Assembly: GCA_027624915.1 (NCBI GenBank)
Contig: JAQBTR010000008.1
Location: 1 to 37,080, forward strand
Direction of reading: 5' to 3'
Length of the DNA: 37,080 nt
From: a bacterium
Lineage (GTDB): Bacteria; Patescibacteriota; Minisyncoccia; Ryanbacterales; GWA2-47-10b
Positions 18,721 to 25,419 of this stretch are shown here, piece by piece. Made by a program: the position numbers and the translations under genes. The notes beneath the pieces were generated by a model. That model saw only the letters and a program-made list of their open reading frames with translations, did no database searches and had not been told where the DNA came from. Numbering within the stretch: position 1 is the stretch's first letter; every line of letters begins with the position of its first letter.

Positions 18721-19286
18721 ACTTTGGTTTCTAGATAATAGATGAAGGTTCTGACTTTTTCTCGGAGTGCCTCTTCTGTTGAGTCATTTACGATTGTGTA
18801 ATCCGCTCTTTTGCCGATGGCTGGGATGTTTACCTCGGTTGCAACAATCCTTTCATTTTCTTCGTAGACCTCGAAAGACATTTCGGCTTCGCCAACCTTT
18901 TCACCCTGAGTTAGTCGTCTTGGGTAGCGAATTTCGACGGGAGCCGTTACAGAGACAAGTGTGTTTGGTTCGAATGACCGAAGACAGTCGTGATCTGGCC
19001 ACCAACGAATACCCTCAACGATTACTGGGCCATCGGCAACTTTTTTTACTTTATCGTATGTATGGCGACATATTGCATCAGGGCCAAGCTCATCTCTCAT
19101 AGCTATTGCGAGCTCTTGGAGCGCTGGGCGCGTTGCCTCAATGCCGGCATACTCTAAGGTTTCGAAGAGAACGTCAGAGAAACGAATTATAGGAATGGGC
19201 ATACCCATCATCTTGGGGAGCATACGAGAAAAAGTGCTTTTACCGGCGTGTTTCTCGCCCACAACTCCAATCACATGGGTTGCCAC
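18714..19286 (-). CDS. P-loop nucleotide or nucleoside kinase-like protein (dephospho-CoA kinase-like fold?)
   Basis: N-terminal Walker A (VIGVVGEKHAGKSTFSRML); 190 aa. Family assignment is tentative. Confidence 0.55.
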   Translation of the reverse strand: MATHVIGVVGEKHAGKSTFSRMLPKMMGMPIPIIRFSDVLFETLEYAGIEATRPALQELAIAMRDELGPDAICRHTYDKVKKVADGPVIVEGIRWWPDHDCLRSFEPNTLVSVTAPVEIRYPRRLTQGEKVGEAEMSFEVYEENERIVATEVNIPAIGKRADYTIVNDSTEEALREKVRTFIYYLETKVN

Positions 19287-19308
19287 ATGTATCTCCTCTG
19301 GTCTTTTG

Positions 19309-20814
19309 CTAGCTTATCTCAGTCGGTCGAAATTGCAAAGCTTCGAGTAAATGATCTTTTTCAATATTCTTTTTTTCTGAAAGATCTGCGATTGTGCGAG
19401 CCACCTTGAGAATGCGGTGATATGCACGAGCTGATAGGTCAAGTTTTTGTGCGGCCGTAGTAAGTAGCGCCTGCTCGCTACTTTCTAAATTACAAAACTT
19501 TTCTATTTCTTTGAGTGTAAGTTTGCTATTTGATTTTTTCTGACGCCCAACCTGAAGTGCTCGCGCTCGGATAACACGCTTACGTATGGTATCTGACGAG
19601 TCACACGTGTAATTTTTATCTGAGAGTTTTTTGTGGTCAATTTGTGGGACGGTAAGCCAAATGTCCACCCGATCCATTATGGGGCCAGAAATTTTTCGTG
19701 CATATTGCATCATTTGCCGTGGGGAACAGACACATTCTTTTTGTGAATCTTTATTTCCGCATGGACATGGGTTCATGGCAGCAACCAGCATAATATCTGC
19801 TGGAAATGTCGTTGTGCCCCGTGCGCGTGATATTGATACGAGCCTATCTTCGAGGGGCTGTCTAAGCGTTTCTATGACACGACGTTCAAATTCTGGAAAC
19901 TCATCTAAAAACAGGATTCCGCGATGGGCTAGAGTAACCTCCCCTGGGCGAGGAATCGTTCCTCCTCCAATAAGTGAAACATAAGAAGCTGTATGGTGAG
20001 GATTTCTAAACGGACGTTCACGTACCACATTGTTTTTTAGTGTTCCTGCGATGCTATGTATTGAAGTAAGTTCAACGGCCTCATGATAATTGAGTGGCGG
20101 AAGAATGGATTGAGTAGCTCGTGCAAGAAGTGTTTTTCCGGTGCCGGGTGGACCGGTAAATGCTACATGATGATTTCCGGCTGCTGCTATTTCAACGCCG
20201 CGTTTAGCAAACTCCTGACCCCTTATATCCTTAAAGTCCACAGAAAATGACATAGGAAATGTTTCCATAGAAAGAGGAGGCGAGGGAGTTAAGATCGCCT
20301 TTTTGGTGAGGTGCAAAATAAGATCACTGAGTTTTGAAATCCCATAAATAAAAATACCATCTATTAAAAGAGCTTCATGAGAAGAGGCTTCTGGAACAAA
20401 AACCTCTTTAAATCCCGCTTCGCGCGCTGCAAGGGCAAGTGGCAAAATCCCACGAACCGGTCGTACTGACCCATCAAGAGCGAGCTCTCCCACAAAAAAT
20501 TTTTCGGCGGGATTAAAATCTACTTGTTTAGACTCTCTCAGGTATGCAAGAGCGATTGGTAGATCAAAAGCAGCACCTTCTTTTGGGAGGTCTGCCGGCG
20601 CCAGATTAACTGTTATGCGGTGATTCTTTTTTTGAGGCGGGCGGAACCCAGAGTTTTTGATCGCAGAGGAAACACGTTCTCGAGACTCTTCGACCGCCTT
20701 GTCTGGCAGTCCAACAATGGTAAAGCGATGAAGTCCTGGGGTGAGATCTATCTCAACCTCAATTGGTGTTCCTGCGAGACCAACGATTTGGCCTGAGTAG
20801 AGTTTTGTAGACAT
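19309..20814 (-). CDS. comM: YifB/ComM-family Mg-chelatase-like AAA+ ATPase
   Basis: N-terminal Lon-like domain (MSTKLYSGQIVGLAGTPIEVEIDL...), AAA+ Walker A (FTGPPGTGKTLLA), and the C-terminal ComM domain. Confidence 0.9.
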   Translation of the reverse strand: MSTKLYSGQIVGLAGTPIEVEIDLTPGLHRFTIVGLPDKAVEESRERVSSAIKNSGFRPPQKKNHRITVNLAPADLPKEGAAFDLPIALAYLRESKQVDFNPAEKFFVGELALDGSVRPVRGILPLALAAREAGFKEVFVPEASSHEALLIDGIFIYGISKLSDLILHLTKKAILTPSPPLSMETFPMSFSVDFKDIRGQEFAKRGVEIAAAGNHHVAFTGPPGTGKTLLARATQSILPPLNYHEAVELTSIHSIAGTLKNNVVRERPFRNPHHTASYVSLIGGGTIPRPGEVTLAHRGILFLDEFPEFERRVIETLRQPLEDRLVSISRARGTTTFPADIMLVAAMNPCPCGNKDSQKECVCSPRQMMQYARKISGPIMDRVDIWLTVPQIDHKKLSDKNYTCDSSDTIRKRVIRARALQVGRQKKSNSKLTLKEIEKFCNLESSEQALLTTAAQKLDLSARAYHRILKVARTIADLSEKKNIEKDHLLEALQFRPTEIS

Positions 20815-20854
20815 AGATGTATTCCTAGCAGATGCGCCTAGGGTTTAGCAATAA

Positions 20855-20883
20855 TTGACCGTGAGAAATCAGCGTGCTATAAG
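20855..20883 (+). promoter_or_regulatory. sigma70-type promoter TTGACC-17-TATAAG for the GC-rich cassette gene
   Basis: TTGACC at 20855-20860, a 17-nt spacer, TATAAG at 20878-20883, then AGGAGG at 20895-20900 and the ATG at 20905. Confidence 0.55.
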
Positions 20884-20904
20884 GAGTCAGACGTAGGAGG
20901 AATT

Positions 20905-21342
20905 ATGTCAGGAGCACGTACTGGTTATTTTGGACCGGTGGATCCTTATGATCCGGTTGCGATGGATAGGACCCTAATGTCACCAAGCAATCGCCTAGAT
21001 CTGACGGTAGTCGTTGCCGCTAGTCGAGGCGTTCCCATGCACCCCTCGCTCCCTGCAGCGTGTCTTATAGATCCAGCTCTCTGGCCACTGCCCGCAGCGC
21101 ACCTTCCAGATCAATCCCACAAGAGACCAGAGAAGTCCAAGGGTGGATTCTCAATTCATTCAGCTGAGTTTTTGTATTGTGAGAAGGGGGCGATGGGATT
21201 GCCAACTCCTGCAGACCGAGTCGCAACATTTCTTTCCTGCAACTTGCCAAGCATGCACTTTAAGATGATTGGTATGGTGAATGGCAGGTCGGACTCAATC
21301 ATAATTTTCTACCAAAACCCAGAAGAGCTTCCATTAGACTAA
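20905..21342 (+). CDS. hypothetical protein (145 aa) encoded in a GC-rich islet; no recognisable family
   Basis: Strong SD (GTAGGAGGAATT-ATG) and an uninterrupted 145-codon frame in roughly 55-60% GC DNA. A rho-independent terminator follows immediately after the stop. Confidence 0.5.
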   Translation: MSGARTGYFGPVDPYDPVAMDRTLMSPSNRLDLTVVVAASRGVPMHPSLPAACLIDPALWPLPAAHLPDQSHKRPEKSKGGFSIHSAEFLYCEKGAMGLPTPADRVATFLSCNLPSMHFKMIGMVNGRSDSIIIFYQNPEELPLD

Positions 21343-21343
21343 A

Positions 21344-21371
21344 CTCCCGACAAGCGGGAGTCTTTTATTTT
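21344..21371 (+). terminator. rho-independent terminator
   Basis: CTCCCG-acaa-GCGGGAG followed by TCTTTTATTTT. Confidence 0.8.
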
Positions 21372-21381
21372 AGGGTGGGTT

Positions 21382-21573
21382 TTAGAGAAAAATTGAGAAG
21401 AGCCGTGGAGTAGCTGTTTGTCGTGTTTGGTGATAGGTAAGTTGTTGTAAAAGAAGCTTGTGACGTCTTGCGTCTTGTCTGTATGAACGACCCTTAATTA
21501 TTTTGAGGTCGATTCGATTGTTTACTTTGTCGAGCTCTGTTGTGATTACTCGTTCGAATTGTTTGCTGCTCAT
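21382..21573 (-). CDS. small basic hypothetical protein (63 aa) 9 nt downstream of lexA, probably co-transcribed
   Basis: ATG 9 nt after the lexA stop, with no hairpin between them. The next terminator-like hairpin is at 21344-21371. No clear SD. Confidence 0.35.
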   Translation of the reverse strand: MSSKQFERVITTELDKVNNRIDLKIIKGRSYRQDARRHKLLLQQLTYHQTRQTATPRLFSIFL

Positions 21574-21582
21574 GTTTTTAAT

Positions 21583-22152
21583 TTATGCGTATTTTCTAAT
21601 AACGGCCTTTACGATTCCTCCTACGCGGAGATACTCACGTGGGAATATAGAATCAAAGTTTTTGTTGGCGGGTTTCAGATAAGGTTGACCCCGTTTCGAT
21701 TCGTAATACTTGAGTGTCCAGTCTCCGTCTACTTCGGCAACGACGATGTCTCCTTGCTTGGCAACCGATGCTTGTTCAATTAGTATGCGGTCACCATCAT
21801 GTATACCGGCATCAATCATCGACTCTCCCTTAACTGTCAACATGTAAGTCTCACCAGGTTTTCGTATTAGGAAGTCATCAAGACTAATGGCATCGTTTAT
21901 ATCAGCTATCGCTTCATGTGGAATACCGGCCTCAACAAGTCCTAGCATGGCGACACCTCCGAAGATGTTTTGTGGTATGAGGTGCCCGCCCGAATCCTTT
22001 TCTACCATCCCCTCGTCTACCATATTGTTGATGAGTTTGTAGACGGAGTTTTTAGACTTGAACTTAAACATCTCCATAAATTCTTTGTAGCCTGGCATCC
22101 GACGATGCTCTCTATAAAAACTAACTATCTTTTGTTTGCGCTCTTTATCCAT
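21583..22152 (-). CDS. lexA: LexA repressor (S24 peptidase)
   Basis: wHTH N-terminus, cleavage and catalytic region (VKGESMIDAGIHDGD ... GGIVKAVIRKY). Start set at the first ATG (MDKERKQ); an upstream in-frame TTG at 22227 would add 25 aa. Confidence 0.85.
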   Translation of the reverse strand: MDKERKQKIVSFYREHRRMPGYKEFMEMFKFKSKNSVYKLINNMVDEGMVEKDSGGHLIPQNIFGGVAMLGLVEAGIPHEAIADINDAISLDDFLIRKPGETYMLTVKGESMIDAGIHDGDRILIEQASVAKQGDIVVAEVDGDWTLKYYESKRGQPYLKPANKNFDSIFPREYLRVGGIVKAVIRKYA

Positions 22153-22276
22153 CCCGTTAGTGATAGGTCGTCTGGGACGACCGTATTTGTTTAGTTGGTA
22201 ATTATTGGTTCTAAGTTTTGTTATCAATCCTGCTTTGTGATTTTATATACTAGTCACTAACAGGATCCATGAAAAT

Positions 22277-22305
22277 AGTATAGGTGAACCATAGTTCACC
22301 ATCAA
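22277..22305 (-). promoter_or_regulatory. lexA promoter TTGATG-17-TATACT with a LexA (Cheo-type) box GGTGAAC-n4-GTTCACC in the spacer
   Basis: On the minus strand: TTGATG GTGAACTATGGTTCACC TATACT. GAAC-N4-GTTC is the Gram-positive-type LexA box core. The layout is that of classic autoregulation. Confidence 0.7.
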
Positions 22306-22333
22306 CCAAATCCCTGTGGATAGCCTTAAGGTG

Positions 22334-22362
22334 TTGCAAATAAAGGATGTTTTGGCTATAAT
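22334..22362 (+). promoter_or_regulatory. sigma70 promoter TTGCAA-17-TATAAT driving the candidate sRNA
   Basis: TTGCAA at 22334-22339, a 17-nt spacer, TATAAT at 22357-22362. Divergent from the lexA promoter. Confidence 0.55.
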
Positions 22363-22368
22363 TTTTGT

Positions 22369-22585
22369 GGGCTGGGAGCTCATAAGGATTACTCATCGGG
22401 TGCAGCGCACCAGGATGGGGAAAAGGTTGCCTCTGGACCTAGCTCATGTAAATCTCATGACAATAAAGGTGAGTAAAGTGGCAAAGAGCCTTCGACCGTT
22501 CGTAACCAAGCTACCACTATCCAATAGGGATAGCCCAAGGGCTCCCAGTCCGCCGTTTCAATCGACCATGCGTGGTCGATTTTTT
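22369..22585 (+). ncRNA. candidate small RNA (about 215 nt) of unknown class; a 6S-like closed-end fold is possible
   Basis: A consensus promoter and an intrinsic terminator (ATCGACCA-tgcg-TGGTCGAT then TTTTT at 22561-22585) delimit a unit with no credible CDS. The 5' end GGGCUGGGAGC pairs with GCUCCCAGUCC at 22541-22551. No downstream gene on this strand. Confidence 0.4.
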
Positions 22586-22600
22586 AATGTCCGAATAACG

Positions 22601-22630
22601 AAACAAAAAATCCGGCTACCTAGTAGCCGG
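22601..22630 (-). terminator. rho-independent terminator for the 22616-23137 gene
   Basis: CCGGCTAC-cta-GTAGCCGG; the minus strand is followed by ATTTTTTGTTT. The stop codon lies in the stem. Confidence 0.6.
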
Positions 22631-23137
22631 CTCGATAAGTAGGTTGTGATGAACAAAGTGTACGACGTATGTCCCATCAATTCGTTCTCCAAGATCACTT
22701 AGCGTAAATTGTATGTTTTTGTTGGCTCGTTTTCTGACAGTAATCCATCCTTTGGCGAGCCCAAGTGGGGCGCCATTACCCTCTTGTGAATATGTGTGGG
22801 GGACAAAACATTTTTGTAAGCCCGCGCCTCCATTTGGGTCTGGCTTTCCATGCCTCATGATTTTATCCACGGATAAATCATTATCAAAATCTCCGTCAAA
22901 GAGCTCATACCGTAGTGGTATTATTACGCGACGTTCAAGTAGACGTTCAAACGCATTCCCCGGAAGCGTCCAAACAAATCTCCCGTCATGACCGTCCTTA
23001 ATAGTAAAAAAGCTAAATTTGCCGGCAACATCTTTAACCCAAGCATATTCAATTGATCGTATTCCCTCATGCTTGCCATATAACGAGAGGTGACTAAGAG
23101 CCTCTTCGTCAGTAAGTTTTATTGTTCTTTGGGGCAA
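22616..23137 (-). CDS. hypothetical protein (about 173 aa)
   Basis: Long ORF. Start reassigned to an in-frame TTG 7 nt after a strong SD (AAAGGAGGT), because the track GTG start lies in the T-tract of the upstream terminator. Confidence 0.5.
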   Translation of the reverse strand: MPQRTIKLTDEEALSHLSLYGKHEGIRSIEYAWVKDVAGKFSFFTIKDGHDGRFVWTLPGNAFERLLERRVIIPLRYELFDGDFDNDLSVDKIMRHGKPDPNGGAGLQKCFVPHTYSQEGNGAPLGLAKGWITVRKRANKNIQFTLSDLGERIDGTYVVHFVHHNLLIEPATR

Positions 23138-23169
23138 AAAGCCACCTCCTTTGTTCTTGTGAGATACTA

Positions 23170-23532
23170 TCACAAAAAAGCCCCGAGAAGTTCTCGGGGA
23201 AGGGGCTGGCCACCATCATCATTGGGACCCGTTGTTTCGTGTCTGAGCTTAATTAGTGAGGTTTGGATTTCTTGGAAGTGGATGGAAGCGCGCGGATCAA
23301 AAAACATATCTATATGTCGATCAAGAGCTTCGATACAGGCCTCGAGAAGCTCAAGCGCAACATGAGAGTCTGCAACACCGAGGTGTTCATTCGCGCCTCT
23401 CCAATCATCTAAAGCTTTGAATGCAGAGACGTAAGCATTTCGCGTGTGCTTAATTCCGGCTATTCGTAGGTAGATGACAAGGGTGAAAAACCCCAAAAGA
23501 ACTCCTCCCGTAAGAGCACCCTGAATGGTCAT
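23170..23532 (-). CDS. small single-TM hypothetical protein (GC-rich islet)
   Basis: Start moved to an internal ATG (MTIQGALTGGVLLGFFTLVIYL...) with GGAG 6 nt upstream. The track N-terminus is encoded by the upstream gene's terminator hairpin. Confidence 0.4.
   Translation of the reverse strand: MTIQGALTGGVLLGFFTLVIYLRIAGIKHTRNAYVSAFKALDDWRGANEHLGVADSHVALELLEACIEALDRHIDMFFDPRASIHFQEIQTSLIKLRHETTGPNDDGGQPLPRELLGAFL
23181..23199 (-). terminator. hairpin terminator (CCCCGAGAA-g-TTCTCGGGG) followed by T6 on the minus strand
   Basis: Perfect 9-bp inverted repeat with an A6 run on the plus strand. It overlaps the last codons of the 23170-23532 ORF. Confidence 0.55.
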
Positions 23533-23583
23533 GAGGATCTCCAAATCTTTTCCCAGTCTATGTAGATTATGAGAAAAAGAAAA

Positions 23584-23606
23584 GGGCCCCGCTTTAAGCG
23601 GGGCCG
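23584..23606 (-). terminator. GC-rich hairpin terminator (GGCCCCGCTT-t-AAGCGGGGCC) with the stop codon of the upstream gene in its loop
   Basis: 10-bp stem; the minus strand is followed by CTTTTCTTTTTCTC. Confidence 0.6.
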
Positions 23607-23947
23607 GGGAGGAGGCTTGCTTGGAGTGCGCCACAGATGCGATCGTTCTGTTCAAAAAGATGTCGTGCCATGCTGATGGCTAGGGCGACGTCGTCGGTGT
23701 CGTATGCGTCTCTCATGTGCTGACAACCTCCAAGCCCAAAGAACTTGTGTTCGTCGGGCATGAAATCGTCACGTTCTAGGCGGTCTACTTCTCGCATGTA
23801 GCGATTACGCAAAGGCCTGTACAGCACGAGCATGTCCTCGATGTCCTGACGTCTCAACAGGACGACGACTCTGGGGTCGAGTGGCAGGAATACTACGTCG
23901 GAGCGTTGCCCGACTGGCCAAATTGAGCTGCCAAGTTGTGGTGCCAT
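23594..23947 (-). CDS. hypothetical protein (117 aa) in a GC-rich islet
   Basis: Excellent SD (CCAAGGAGGAGTTTAA-ATG), its own terminator, about 55% GC, no recognisable family. Confidence 0.55.
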   Translation of the reverse strand: MAPQLGSSIWPVGQRSDVVFLPLDPRVVVLLRRQDIEDMLVLYRPLRNRYMREVDRLERDDFMPDEHKFFGLGGCQHMRDAYDTDDVALAISMARHLFEQNDRICGALQASLLPGPA

Positions 23948-24201
23948 TTAAACTCCTCCTTGGAAATGGAACTATGTAAAAAGAGATTAAAACAAAAAGA
24001 GCCACACGTCAACCCCCACATTAATATTTGTATTGTTGTGCTATAAATTTGATGACATAAACCAGGATTTGGCGCGTGTAATGTTTTTGATACAATCTAG
24101 AAATAAGGCACAACAAAAATTCATAATGCAAATATTAGTGCAGGGGGTCAAGAGCTCTTTTTGTTTTGAATTTAGAGTAGAGAAAAATTTTTGAGAATAC
24201 T

Positions 24202-24555
24202 CTACTTTGAGTGGTTAACGCAGGTTCGTGCCGCTGGATTTGCCCGAAGACGATTTTCTAGAATTTCTTCTTTCCCAACCTCGCACGTACCATATGTTCC
24301 ATCCTTGATACGGTTTAAAGCACCATTGATATTTACGAGTTTTGCCTCAAGTACGGCATTCACACCAAGTGCGTTACTGTATTCTTCAACCTCGTCCGCC
24401 ATATCGTTTTTGTCAGAGGGCTCAACATTAAGATCCGGGTATTTTGCCTCCCAGTCGTTAGGGTTATCTGGATTTTGCCGAGAGACAGAAGATAGAGTTT
24501 CCTCTATAGTTTTCTTCTCATCAAGCAAAAGCTTTTCAAATTCTTTTACATTCAT
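24202..24555 (-). CDS. DksA/TraR-family-like protein (degenerate C4 finger)
   Basis: Coiled-coil N-terminus and a C-terminus (GTYGTCEVGKEEILENRLRANPAARTCVNH) resembling the DksA/TraR zinc-finger region with only 2 Cys. Confidence 0.5.
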   Translation of the reverse strand: MNVKEFEKLLLDEKKTIEETLSSVSRQNPDNPNDWEAKYPDLNVEPSDKNDMADEVEEYSNALGVNAVLEAKLVNINGALNRIKDGTYGTCEVGKEEILENRLRANPAARTCVNHSK

Positions 24556-24567
24556 GGAGCTACTGTA

Positions 24568-25419
24568 TCACTGAGCAATTGGTAGGGCAAGCATTCTTTC
24601 TACCACCTCTTCAAGAGCACTTTCTGATGTAGATAATATTAAGAAACGACGCAAAATGAGTGAATATCCGAGAAAGTCACGTTGCACATTAAAGAACTGT
24701 CTTACGCGAGCATCATTATTTTTTATTACTCTATCGCGAAATTTTGATATGTCATCATTTGTAACAAATTGTCTCAAGTCTTGAGCTATTGTTCGTTCCC
24801 ATCCAAGCATACTCCCCCATGTTTGGAGTCCGTCACCGGTCTCAAAGATAAATACGAGCCCCTCTTTGGCCGCATACAAATTCCATCGTCCAGTTAGGCT
24901 TTGGAAGAAATCCTGAGGCGGACTTATTTGTAAAAAGGAGAAAAATTCTTCAGGACCTGCCAAGCGTGTTTTTATATTGAAGTCTTTGATGATGATTGGC
25001 GTATACAAAAATTCGTCTGAGCGAGCCTGTTTATCAAGGGCGTTGAGCAGGCCAGTTCTATCATCTGGTTCTACAGTAATTGATTCTGTATCGAAGTTAG
25101 TAAGCCATGGACGAGGGATATTTGGGTCTCTTGGTATGGCAGCATCACGTTTTTCCTGAAGAAATGTATACGCGCCATATCCACCACCTCCAACAATGAC
25201 TAAAACTAAAATACTCATAAGAGTCTTTTTGAGTATACGTTTTGCCTTAAGCCCACTTGAGGTTGGTGGCTTAAGAGGGCTCTGCCCTTTTTGTTTTTGC
25301 CCTGACTGTTTTTCAAAAAGGTCGAGAAAAGAGGACTTCTGATCATGAAGTACTTCTTGAGCATCTGAACGCATAGTTCGAATGCCTGCCGACTTTGGTT
25401 TTGGTTGTTCGTCTGGCAT
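24568..25419 (-). CDS. membrane-anchored hypothetical protein translationally coupled to pnp (TAATG overlap)
   Basis: 283 aa with a basic N-terminus and one TM (LMSILVLVIVGGGGYGAY). Its start overlaps the pnp stop. Confidence 0.6.
   Translation of the reverse strand: MPDEQPKPKSAGIRTMRSDAQEVLHDQKSSFLDLFEKQSGQKQKGQSPLKPPTSSGLKAKRILKKTLMSILVLVIVGGGGYGAYTFLQEKRDAAIPRDPNIPRPWLTNFDTESITVEPDDRTGLLNALDKQARSDEFLYTPIIIKDFNIKTRLAGPEEFFSFLQISPPQDFFQSLTGRWNLYAAKEGLVFIFETGDGLQTWGSMLGWERTIAQDLRQFVTNDDISKFRDRVIKNNDARVRQFFNVQRDFLGYSLILRRFLILSTSESALEEVVERMLALPIAQ

Noticed and set aside
20821-21360. Possibility that GC-rich islet 1 is RNase P RNA, tmRNA or SRP RNA
   Set aside because: A scan of both strands for GGAAAGUCC and ACAGAANCCGGCUUA (RNase P), a GGUUCGAUUCC T-arm or Ala-Ala-stop tag ORF (tmRNA), and the SRP domain IV GGAAGCAGC motif found none. 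The promoter plus SD plus 145-codon open frame is the more economical explanation.
22316-22642. 108-aa plus-strand ORF
   Set aside because: It begins upstream of the TTGCAA-17-TATAAT promoter and reads through a strong intrinsic terminator with no SD. The region is better explained as an sRNA.
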